Origin: Vectrevirus T145P2
Strand: one strand, 5' to 3'
Sequence record: OZ035802.1
Length of the DNA: 44,662 nt
In this document: piece by piece, positions 25,924-34,073 of the stretch
Position numbering within the stretch: the stretch's first letter is position 1
Layout: every line of letters begins with the position of its first letter
Notes under the pieces: model-generated
What the model saw: only the letters and a program-made list of their open reading frames with translations
Told to the model about the DNA's origin: nothing
Databases searched by the model: none
Position numbers and translations under genes: made by a program

Positions 25924-26923
25924 GCTTCGCAGCTTGTACAAAGACTCCGAGGTACTTGATGCAATCGAGCAAGCTACCGACGAGAAAGGTAATGTTAACT
26001 ACAACGAGATGGCACGGGTATTATCGTGTCACCCTGTGGGTAAGAAGATTACCCGCCAGTTGGCTCGATACTGGCATGGTCAATTCAAGAAGACCAAGAA
26101 GAATGGTGATTACTACCAGACTCTTCTGCAAGAGGATAAGCGTATCAAAGAAGAGCGTAAGCTCAGGACTCCTGACCGCTACGAGGATTTGGCTATTGTA
26201 CCACTGCCTGACTCGCCTCATCGAAGTGTACTGGTAATCCCTGACACTCATGCACCTTACGAGCACCCAGATACCTTAGAGTTTCTGGCAGCGGTGGCAG
26301 CACGTTACCGTCCAGACACTGTAGTTCATCTGGGGGATGAGGCAGATAAACATGCCTTATCGTTCCACGATTCAGACCCCAATCTGGATAGTGCTGGCAT
26401 GGAGTTAGAGAAGGCCCGTGTCTTTATGCATAAATTACACAAGATGTTTCCTGTGATGCGCCTGTGTCATTCTAATCACGGCTCTATGCACTTCCGTAAG
26501 GCAAGCGCTAAGGGTATCCCTGTGCAATACTTGCGTACCTATCGAGAAGTCTTCTTTCCGCATGGGGGTGGCGACCAGTGGGATTGGCAGCATACACACG
26601 TTCTTGAGTTGCCGAATGGTGAACAGGTTGCATTTAAGCATCAACCAGCAGGCTCAGTCTTAGCAGATGCAGCGCATGAGCGCATGAACTTAGTGTGCGG
26701 TCACTTGCATGGTAAGATGTCGGTGGAGTATGCACGTAACACACATGAACAGTATTGGGCTGTGCAGGGCGGCTGTCTGATTGATGAGTCATCTCGTGCA
26801 TTTGCCTATGGTCGTGAGTCCAAATACAAGCCAGCATTAGGTTGTGTGGTTATTCTGGAGGGTGTGCCGCACATTGTCCCGATGCAGACCAATAGTGACA
26901 ATCGCTGGATTGGTAAGATTTAG
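25916..26923 (+). CDS. calcineurin-like metallophosphoesterase
   Basis: Motifs IPDTHAPY, HLGDEAD, HSNHG, CGHLHG in canonical order; start likely TTG after AAGGAGG (an upstream ATG at 25883 runs through rare AGA/AGG codons). Confidence 0.7.
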   Translation: MGKLRSLYKDSEVLDAIEQATDEKGNVNYNEMARVLSCHPVGKKITRQLARYWHGQFKKTKKNGDYYQTLLQEDKRIKEERKLRTPDRYEDLAIVPLPDSPHRSVLVIPDTHAPYEHPDTLEFLAAVAARYRPDTVVHLGDEADKHALSFHDSDPNLDSAGMELEKARVFMHKLHKMFPVMRLCHSNHGSMHFRKASAKGIPVQYLRTYREVFFPHGGGDQWDWQHTHVLELPNGEQVAFKHQPAGSVLADAAHERMNLVCGHLHGKMSVEYARNTHEQYWAVQGGCLIDESSRAFAYGRESKYKPALGCVVILEGVPHIVPMQTNSDNRWIGKI

Positions 26924-26940
26924 TTGACACTATAGAACAA
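26917..26940 (+). promoter_or_regulatory. SP6-like phage promoter overlapping 3' end of phosphoesterase gene
   Basis: GATTTAGTTGACACTATAGAACAA. Confidence 0.55.
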
Positions 26941-26991
26941 AGGGTAGGTATTAGCTTACCCTTGATTGTATAGTGAATGGAGGAATTAATT

Positions 26992-27462
26992 ATGTCAAAG
27001 ATTTATATTGGCGAATACGTCGTACGCCGTGCAGCTTACCGAGATGCCTTCTGGAATAAACTGTGTGAAAGCCTAGGCAAGAAACCAGATGGGGTATTCA
27101 AAGTATCCCGTGCAGAACCTAATTATAACTCTATTATGTTAGAAGGTGTTGAGAAGCGCGAATGGTATGCACCTTACTTCAAGGTTGTTGACTCATTGCA
27201 AGATGAAGATCCTAGCACGTTGGACAACAATATGGTTACTAAGCCTAAGCACTATGAGTTCTTCGATGGGGTAGAGGCAATCACTATCATTGCTCGTAGT
27301 ATGACCGAGAAGCAATTTGCTGGATATTGCATGGGTAATGCTTTGAAGTATCGTCTGCGTGCAGGGAAGAAATTCAACACGGAAGAAGATCTGAAGAAAG
27401 CAGACTACTACAAAGAGCTATTCCAGAAGCATCGTCACGAATGTATTGATGAGGATATTTAA
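26992..27462 (+). CDS. hypothetical protein (156 aa)
   Basis: GGAGGAATT RBS; KPKHYEFFDGVEAITII...GNALKYRLRAG segment resembles a phage domain of unknown function. Confidence 0.55.
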   Translation: MSKIYIGEYVVRRAAYRDAFWNKLCESLGKKPDGVFKVSRAEPNYNSIMLEGVEKREWYAPYFKVVDSLQDEDPSTLDNNMVTKPKHYEFFDGVEAITIIARSMTEKQFAGYCMGNALKYRLRAGKKFNTEEDLKKADYYKELFQKHRHECIDEDI

Positions 27463-27463
27463 T

Positions 27464-27580
27464 ATGACTTGTCCTAATTGTGGAAGTGAAGAAACAGAAC
27501 ATGTAGTTATGTCAGATACTTATCATTTCTACTTCTGTCATAGCTGCGACACCACCATTGAAGAGGAAGAAGCTGTATGA
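27464..27580 (+). CDS. hypothetical zinc-ribbon mini-protein (38 aa)
   Basis: CPNCGS...CHSCD; overlaps ligase start. Confidence 0.35.
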   Translation: MTCPNCGSEETEHVVMSDTYHFYFCHSCDTTIEEEEAV

Positions 27581-28524
27581 ATATATTCCAATTCCTAGGT
27601 CTTCCAGAAGACCACCGCAATCACCCATTCATGCTGGTGAAACATCGCGGTGAAGTACCTGAGAAGAAATTAACTTTTCCATGTTATGCACAGGTAAAAC
27701 GAGATGGTATATTTAGTGCTGTGGTTGTTCGCAACGATGGTGTCGTTGGTATCTTTGGACGCACTGGAAAGAAACTGGCTAACACGGAAACCTTGGAAGA
27801 ATCTTATTCAGCTTTCCCTACTGGCATTTATCTCGGTGAGTTGCAATCTATGGCTATTGATGTCTACCTTGAAGCACTTTCTGGAGTAGTTAACCCTAAC
27901 CGCACTGAGCCACTGGATTTCATAGGCCAGCAGATTAAAGACAACCTGTATATCGACTTCTTCGATATGTTAACCATTAAGGCATTCCATGATGGATTCA
28001 CTGATGTTTCTTATCTCAAACGTTACGATGCTTTACATCGTCGCATCGGCGCTCATCTTAGCGGGTACAACGCTATCCTTCCTATTACTCCTTGCCATAA
28101 TGAGCGAGAAGTTGAAGCGTTTGCGCAAGAGCAAATAGACGCAGGCCGAGAGGGTGCTGTGTTTAAACTGGACTGTGATTATGAAGCAGGCCACAAAGGT
28201 TATCGTCAGACTAAAGAAGTCCGTAAGGTAACTTATGACCTTACTTGTATTGGCTTTGAAGAAGGCAAAGGTAAGTACAAAGGTAAGGTAGCTAACCTCA
28301 TTTTCAAATGGAAAGGGGGCAAGACAATCAAAGCTATGTTAGGTAAAGGGTGGACTCATGCAGATGCAGAACAGATGTTCCACGATATTAAACATGGTGG
28401 ACGATTGAATGTCATTGGTAAAATCTTTGAAGTAAAAGGTCTTCAGGATTCAAGCAAGGGCAACATTCGTCTGCCCAAAGCGGGAGAATTAAGACATGAC
28501 AAAGATGAACCAGACTTCTTTTGA
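27577..28524 (+). CDS. ATP-dependent DNA ligase
   Basis: 315 aa; adenylation motif KRDG (AQVKRDGIFSAVV) and overall nucleotidyltransferase-like layout. Confidence 0.8.
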   Translation: MNIFQFLGLPEDHRNHPFMLVKHRGEVPEKKLTFPCYAQVKRDGIFSAVVVRNDGVVGIFGRTGKKLANTETLEESYSAFPTGIYLGELQSMAIDVYLEALSGVVNPNRTEPLDFIGQQIKDNLYIDFFDMLTIKAFHDGFTDVSYLKRYDALHRRIGAHLSGYNAILPITPCHNEREVEAFAQEQIDAGREGAVFKLDCDYEAGHKGYRQTKEVRKVTYDLTCIGFEEGKGKYKGKVANLIFKWKGGKTIKAMLGKGWTHADAEQMFHDIKHGGRLNVIGKIFEVKGLQDSSKGNIRLPKAGELRHDKDEPDFF

Positions 28525-28711
28525 TAGCATGAAGGCAACTCGTGCAGTTGAGGTAGCAGAAGCTATCTTCGAAACTTTATCCTGTGGCATGGAAGTGCCA
28601 TATACTTTACTTGCTGATGCAGAAGAACTTGGTCTTTCTGTAGAAGCTATCCAAGAGAAGGTTGACGAATTATATGGTACAGACGAAGAAGAAACCGACG
28701 ATTTCATTTGA
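28496..28711 (+). CDS. hypothetical acidic protein (71 aa)
   Basis: GGAGA RBS; overlaps ligase 3' end. Confidence 0.4.
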   Translation: MTKMNQTSFDSMKATRAVEVAEAIFETLSCGMEVPYTLLADAEELGLSVEAIQEKVDELYGTDEEETDDFI

Positions 28712-28715
28712 AGGA

Positions 28716-28844
28716 ATGGAAATGCTTGAGATGATTCTCAAGCCTTCTTCTCCTAAGGTGACTAAGACTCATGAAGAGTTAATCGTTGATGAAGTTAAGC
28801 GTTACATCATGGATTGTGTCAGAGCACAACTGGTGGTCCAATGA
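28716..28844 (+). CDS. hypothetical small protein (42 aa)
   Basis: ATGA overlap with next gene. Confidence 0.35.
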   Translation: MEMLEMILKPSSPKVTKTHEELIVDEVKRYIMDCVRAQLVVQ

Positions 28845-29302
28845 TACGTCCAGCTTCCTTCCTAGATATTCCTGAGATTATAAACCTTGGGAATAAATAT
28901 GTGGAAGAGGAAGTCAAGGTTGTAGCCCACCACTCCGCCTCATGGAATGCAGAACAAAGTGCACATAACCTTTGTGCATCTCTTAGTAGAGAAGATTTAT
29001 TCCTATGGGTTGCTGTAGATGAAGGGCAGATTGTAGGGTTCCTGTGGGCTGGCTATCACGAGTTGGCCCCTTGGACACCTGTAAGAGTTGCCTCTGACAT
29101 TCTCTTTTATATTATACCAGAGAGGCGAGGAACACTACTTGGTATGCGTCTCATCAAAGCCCTAAAGCAATGGGCTAGTGATAATGAATGCTCTGAGGTT
29201 CGCCTGTCTATCGCCTCTGGTATTAATGAAGAACGTGTCGGACGTATGTATAAGCGACTTGGCTTTGAACCGTTTGGCACTGTGTATAACCTGAAGTTCT
29301 AA
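28841..29302 (+). CDS. GNAT-family N-acetyltransferase
   Basis: 153 aa; QIVGFLWAGYHE...RRGTLLGMRLIKALKQWA...GFEPFG follows the GNAT acetyl-CoA-binding pattern. Confidence 0.7.
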   Translation: MIRPASFLDIPEIINLGNKYVEEEVKVVAHHSASWNAEQSAHNLCASLSREDLFLWVAVDEGQIVGFLWAGYHELAPWTPVRVASDILFYIIPERRGTLLGMRLIKALKQWASDNECSEVRLSIASGINEERVGRMYKRLGFEPFGTVYNLKF

Positions 29303-29311
29303 GGAGATAAC

Positions 29312-29521
29312 ATGAGTGTTGTAAAGAAAGCATTTAAGGCTATCGGTCTTGCTCAAGATGCACCACGTATTGAAGCCAAAGTCCCAGCACAGCAGCTTGA
29401 GCGTAAGCCTGAGACTGAAGCTGAAGATATTCAAATTGGTGCAGGTGGTGATGATGCGACTGCATCTGCAAAAGGTAAGCGCGGCCTTGTCCGTCCGGTA
29501 GCTTCTAGCTTGAAGGTGTAA
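29312..29521 (+). CDS. hypothetical small protein, possibly a minor virion protein
   Basis: 69 aa, Gly/Ala/charged-rich; directly upstream of portal. Confidence 0.4.
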   Translation: MSVVKKAFKAIGLAQDAPRIEAKVPAQQLERKPETEAEDIQIGAGGDDATASAKGKRGLVRPVASSLKV

Positions 29522-29522
29522 T

Positions 29523-31073
29523 ATGAAACAGAGCACAGATTTGGAGTATGGAGGTAAGCGGTCTAAGATACCTAAGCTATGGGAGAAGTTCTCCACTAAA
29601 CGTAGCTCTTTTCTTGATAGGGCGAAGCATTACTCCAAATTAACCTTGCCCTATCTGATGAATGACAAAGGTGATAACGAGACTTCGCAGAATGGATGGC
29701 AAGGTGTAGGTGCTCAGGCAACTAATCATCTAGCCAACAAGCTAGCGCAAGTACTATTCCCTGCACAGCGTTCCTTCTTCCGTGTAGACTTAACTGCACA
29801 AGGTGAGAAGGTTCTTAATCAGCGTGGCCTGAAGAAGACAGAGCTAGCTACCATCTTCGCTCAAGTGGAAACACGGGCAATGAAAGAGTTAGAGCAACGT
29901 CAATTCCGTCCTGCTGTAGTGGAAGCATTCAAGCATCTTATTGTTGCTGGTAGCTGTATGCTATACAAGCCGAGCAAAGGTGCAATCAGTGCTATCCCAA
30001 TGCATCACTATGTAGTTAACCGTGATACCAATGGCGACCTGTTAGACATTATCTTACTGCAAGAGAAAGCCTTACGCACCTTTGACCCAGCTACACGTGC
30101 TGTAGTAGAGGTTGGCCTGAAAGGTAAGAAGTGCAAGGAAGATGACAGCGTTAAGCTGTACACACATGCTAAGTATCTTGGTGATGGATTTTGGGAACTC
30201 AAGCAATCTGCTGATGATATCCCTGTGGGTAAGGTGAGTAAAATCAAATCAGAAAAGCTACCTTTCATCCCATTAACTTGGAAGCGAAGCTATGGTGAGG
30301 ATTGGGGTCGCCCTCTTGCAGAGGATTACTCCGGTGATTTATTCGTTATCCAATTCTTATCTGAAGCGGTTGCCCGTGGTGCTGCGCTGATGGCAGATAT
30401 CAAGTACCTGATTCGTCCGGGTGCTCAAACTGATGTTGACCACTTTGTTAACTCTGGCACTGGTGAGGTTGTCACTGGTGTAGAAGAAGACATCCATATT
30501 GTACAGTTAGGTAAGTACGCAGACCTCACACCTATTAGCGCGGTTCTAGAGGTATACACTCGCCGTATCGGTGTTGTCTTCATGATGGAGACAATGACAC
30601 GCCGTGACGCCGAACGTGTTACTGCTGTAGAAATCCAGCGAGATGCGTTAGAGATTGAGCAGAACATGGGTGGGGTATACTCCCTCTTTGCTACTACTAT
30701 GCAATCGCCAGTAGCGATGTGGGGTCTGCTGGAGGCAGGGGAGTCCTTCACTAGTGACTTAGTGGACCCTGTGATTATCACAGGTATTGAAGCTTTAGGA
30801 CGCATGGCTGAGTTGGATAAACTGGCTAACTTTGCTCAGTATATGTCACTGCCATTACAATGGCCTGAGCCTGTCCTAGCTGCTGTGAAATGGCCTGACT
30901 ATATGGATTGGGTGCGTGGTCAAATCTCTGCTGAACTGCCGTTCCTTAAATCAGCGGAAGAGATGGCACAAGAACAGGAAGCACAGATGCAAGCACAGCA
31001 AGCACAGATGCTTGAAGAAGGTGTGGCTAAGGCCGTGCCGGGTGTAATTCAACAAGAACTTAAGGAGGCGTAA
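29523..31073 (+). CDS. head-to-tail connector (portal) protein
   Basis: 516 aa; position and size as T7 gp8; precedes scaffold and capsid. Confidence 0.85.
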   Translation: MKQSTDLEYGGKRSKIPKLWEKFSTKRSSFLDRAKHYSKLTLPYLMNDKGDNETSQNGWQGVGAQATNHLANKLAQVLFPAQRSFFRVDLTAQGEKVLNQRGLKKTELATIFAQVETRAMKELEQRQFRPAVVEAFKHLIVAGSCMLYKPSKGAISAIPMHHYVVNRDTNGDLLDIILLQEKALRTFDPATRAVVEVGLKGKKCKEDDSVKLYTHAKYLGDGFWELKQSADDIPVGKVSKIKSEKLPFIPLTWKRSYGEDWGRPLAEDYSGDLFVIQFLSEAVARGAALMADIKYLIRPGAQTDVDHFVNSGTGEVVTGVEEDIHIVQLGKYADLTPISAVLEVYTRRIGVVFMMETMTRRDAERVTAVEIQRDALEIEQNMGGVYSLFATTMQSPVAMWGLLEAGESFTSDLVDPVIITGIEALGRMAELDKLANFAQYMSLPLQWPEPVLAAVKWPDYMDWVRGQISAELPFLKSAEEMAQEQEAQMQAQQAQMLEEGVAKAVPGVIQQELKEA

Positions 31074-31993
31074 TGTCTTTCTCATTTACTGAACCGTCAA
31101 CCACTCACCCTACTGCTGAAGAGGGTACGGTAGAAACCAAGGAGGTAACAACTGATGCTGCTACTACTGATGCTCCTGCTGACGCTGGCACTGCTGTACA
31201 AGATGACAATGCTGGTGCACAACCTACTGAAGACACCGGAGGAGAAGCTTCTGGACAGCCTTCAGAAAAAGGAGACAATGGCGGAGAGAATGGTGAACCT
31301 AAGCCAGATGATACCGCGACCGACACTGAGGAAGTGCAATACTTCTTCGGAGAACATGAAGTAACAGTAGACATCCCACAGGATGTAACTGACAGCCTTA
31401 AAGAGAAAGGCATTGATGCCAAGCAGGTTGCCAAGGAACTCTATTCCAAAGGTGGCAAGTTTGAACTGTCAGATGCAACCAAGCAGAAATTGTATGATGC
31501 TTTTGGCAAGTTTGCGGTAGATGCTTACCTGTCAGGTCTTAAGGCTCAAAATGAAGCCTTCTTCCTGAAAGAAGCCAACGCAGCTAAAGAGTTGGAAGCA
31601 GCTAACACCCAACGCTTCTCTGATGTTTCTAAGGAAATTGGTGGCGAAGAAGGTTGGTCCCGTCTTGAGGAGTGGGCGCTTGAAACTCTATCCGATGACG
31701 AACTCACGGCATTCAATGCGGTGATGGAGTCTGGCAACCAGTACCTCCAGCAGTACGCTGTGCGTGAACTGGAGAGCCGCCGTAAGCAGGCACAGGGGGA
31801 TGATAAGCCATCCCTGATTGAGCCATCAGCACCTGCTAAGGCTAATGAAGAGAATGGCCCACTGACGCGAGATCAGTACGTTCAAGCAATCGCAACTCTT
31901 AGCCAGAAGTACGGCAATGACCGTAAAGCTATGGCAGAAGCTCAGGCTAAACTGGACGCCCGTCGCCGTGCTGGCATGGCTCGCGGTATCTAA
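31073..31993 (+). CDS. capsid assembly scaffolding protein
   Basis: 306 aa, highly acidic low-complexity N-terminus; between portal and capsid. Confidence 0.7.
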   Translation: MSFSFTEPSTTHPTAEEGTVETKEVTTDAATTDAPADAGTAVQDDNAGAQPTEDTGGEASGQPSEKGDNGGENGEPKPDDTATDTEEVQYFFGEHEVTVDIPQDVTDSLKEKGIDAKQVAKELYSKGGKFELSDATKQKLYDAFGKFAVDAYLSGLKAQNEAFFLKEANAAKELEAANTQRFSDVSKEIGGEEGWSRLEEWALETLSDDELTAFNAVMESGNQYLQQYAVRELESRRKQAQGDDKPSLIEPSAPAKANEENGPLTRDQYVQAIATLSQKYGNDRKAMAEAQAKLDARRRAGMARGI

Positions 31994-31997
31994 TTCA

Positions 31998-32024
31998 GTA
32001 TTTACTGGACACTATAGAAGGGAG
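31998..32024 (+). promoter_or_regulatory. SP6-like phage promoter upstream of capsid gene
   Basis: GTATTTACTGGACACTATAGAAGGGAG. Confidence 0.7.
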
Positions 32025-32072
32025 AAAAGCTCTCCCTAGTTATCAATTTGATTTATAAGGAGATTATAATAC

Positions 32073-33281
32073 ATGTCTACACCGAATACTCTGACTAACG
32101 TTGCTGTATCTGCATCCGGTGAGGTTGACAGCCTTCTCATTGAGAAGTTTAATGGTAAGGTCAATGAGCAGTACCTGAAAGGTGAGAACATTCTGTCCTA
32201 CTTTGATGTACAAACTGTTACTGGCACTAACACAGTGAGCAACAAATATTTGGGCGAAACTGAGTTGCAGGTGCTAGCACCGGGTCAGTCTCCTAATGCC
32301 ACCCCTACTCAGGCGGATAAAAACCAGTTGGTAATTGATACCACTGTCATTGCTCGTAACACTGTGGCTCACATCCACGATGTACAAGGTGACATCGATA
32401 GCCTGAAACCAAAACTGGCTATGAACCAAGCCAAGCAACTGAAACGTCTGGAAGACCAGATGGCAATTCAGCAGATGCTGTTAGGCGGTATTGCTAACAC
32501 CAAGGCCAAACGTAACAAGCCGCGTGTTAAAGGGCATGGCTTCTCTATCAACGTTAACGTAACTGAGAGTGAAGCACTGGCTAACCCTCAGTATGTTATG
32601 GCTGCGGTAGAGTATGCTCTGGAGCAACAGCTTGAGCAGGAAGTGGACATCTCTGATGTAGCTATCATGATGCCGTGGAAGTTCTTCAATGCTCTGCGTG
32701 ATGCAGACCGAATTGTAGATAAGACTTACACTATCAGCCAGTCTGGTGCAACCATTAATGGCTTCGTTCTCTCTTCTTATAACTGCCCTGTGATCCCGTC
32801 TAACCGATTCCCTACCTTCGCTCAGAATCAGGCTCACCACCTGTTGTCTAATGAAGATAACGGCTATCGTTATGACCCTATCGCAGAGATGAATGGTGCA
32901 GTTGCTGTTCTGTTCACTGCCGACGCACTGCTGGTGGGTCGTACCATTGAAGTGACTGGTGACATCTTCTATGAGAAGAAAGAGAAGACTTATTACATTG
33001 ACACCTTCATGGCTGAGGGTGCAATCCCTGACCGTTGGGAAGCAGTGTCTGTAGTTACCACTAAACGTAATGCAACTACTGGTGCTGCTGGAGTTTCTGG
33101 TGATGATCACGCAACCGTACTGGCTCGTGCACAGCGTAAGGCTGTATATGTCAAAACCGAAGGTGCTGCGGCTGCATTCTCTGCTGCCCCAGCAGGTATC
33201 CAAGCGGAAGACCTTGTAGCGGCGGTACGTGCTGTAATGGCAAATGACATCAAGCCGACTGCAATGAAACCTACTGAGTAA
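32073..33281 (+). CDS. major capsid protein
   Basis: 402 aa; GGAGATT RBS; biased codon usage; followed by terminator hairpin; T7 gene 10 position. Confidence 0.85.
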   Translation: MSTPNTLTNVAVSASGEVDSLLIEKFNGKVNEQYLKGENILSYFDVQTVTGTNTVSNKYLGETELQVLAPGQSPNATPTQADKNQLVIDTTVIARNTVAHIHDVQGDIDSLKPKLAMNQAKQLKRLEDQMAIQQMLLGGIANTKAKRNKPRVKGHGFSINVNVTESEALANPQYVMAAVEYALEQQLEQEVDISDVAIMMPWKFFNALRDADRIVDKTYTISQSGATINGFVLSSYNCPVIPSNRFPTFAQNQAHHLLSNEDNGYRYDPIAEMNGAVAVLFTADALLVGRTIEVTGDIFYEKKEKTYYIDTFMAEGAIPDRWEAVSVVTTKRNATTGAAGVSGDDHATVLARAQRKAVYVKTEGAAAAFSAAPAGIQAEDLVAAVRAVMANDIKPTAMKPTE

Positions 33282-33285
33282 TACC

Positions 33286-33322
33286 TATGCCCTATCTACC
33301 TTGCGTAGGTAGGGTTCTTTTT
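33286..33322 (+). terminator. terminator-like hairpin plus T-run after capsid gene
   Basis: TCTACC-TTGCGTA-GGTAGG then GTTCTTTTTG. Confidence 0.5.
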
Positions 33323-33335
33323 GTTAGGAGGATTC

Positions 33336-34073
33336 ATGCCTGTAATTAGACAAACCAGTAAAGTAGGACATATGATGGAAGATGTGGCCTTCCAGATTAT
33401 TGATAGTAAGCTGGAAGCGGTAAACTTGTGTATGCGAGCTATTGGTCGTGAGGGTGTGGATTCTCTCGACTCAGGTGACTTGGACGCAGAAGATGCAAGC
33501 AAGATGATCGACATCGTATCCCAGCGATTCCAGTACAACAAAGGAGGTGGCTGGTGGTTCAATCGTGAACCGAACTGGCAACTTGCACCAGACACTAACG
33601 GTGAAGTTAATTTACCTAACAACTGCCTAGCAGTATTGCAGTGTTATGCTTTAGGTGAAAAGAAAGTACCTATGACTATGCGAGCAGGTAAGCTCTACTC
33701 TACATGGAGTCATACCTTTGATATGCGTAAGCATGTGAATGATAATGGTATGATTCGTCTTACCTTACTTACCTTACTTCCATATGAGCATCTACCTACT
33801 AGTGTAATGCAGGCTATTGCCTATCAAGCTGCTGTAGAGTTTATTGTGTCTAAGGATGCAGATCAGACTAAGCTAGCCACTGCGCAGCAGATAGCCACTC
33901 AGCTTCTTATGGATGTACAATCTGAGCAAATGTCACAGAAGCGATTAAACATGCTGGTACATAACCCCACTCAGCGTCAGTTTGGTATCATGGCTGGTGG
34001 CTCTCAGAATGTACCTGCTTACTCTCATTCACCTTATGAGAGTTGGGCGCTCCGTCCGTGGGAGGATCGTTAA
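33336..34073 (+). CDS. tail tubular protein A
   Basis: ATG after TAGGAGGATTC; position after capsid as T7 gp11. Confidence 0.8.
   Translation: MPVIRQTSKVGHMMEDVAFQIIDSKLEAVNLCMRAIGREGVDSLDSGDLDAEDASKMIDIVSQRFQYNKGGGWWFNREPNWQLAPDTNGEVNLPNNCLAVLQCYALGEKKVPMTMRAGKLYSTWSHTFDMRKHVNDNGMIRLTLLTLLPYEHLPTSVMQAIAYQAAVEFIVSKDADQTKLATAQQIATQLLMDVQSEQMSQKRLNMLVHNPTQRQFGIMAGGSQNVPAYSHSPYESWALRPWEDR

Noticed and set aside
28841-29302. GNAT gene as the toxin of a GNAT/RHH toxin-antitoxin pair
   Set aside because: No small DNA-binding antitoxin-like partner adjacent, and it is transcribed within the phage late/middle operon; more likely a phage accessory enzyme.
2318-34072. Long N-terminal extensions given by the ORF track (starts at 2318, 2620, 2916, 3931, 18977, 24461, 33321, 34043, 36436)
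   Set aside because: Internal ATG codons with proper RBS spacing and tight stop-start coupling to the upstream gene give more plausible starts; the extensions overlap upstream genes and lack an RBS.
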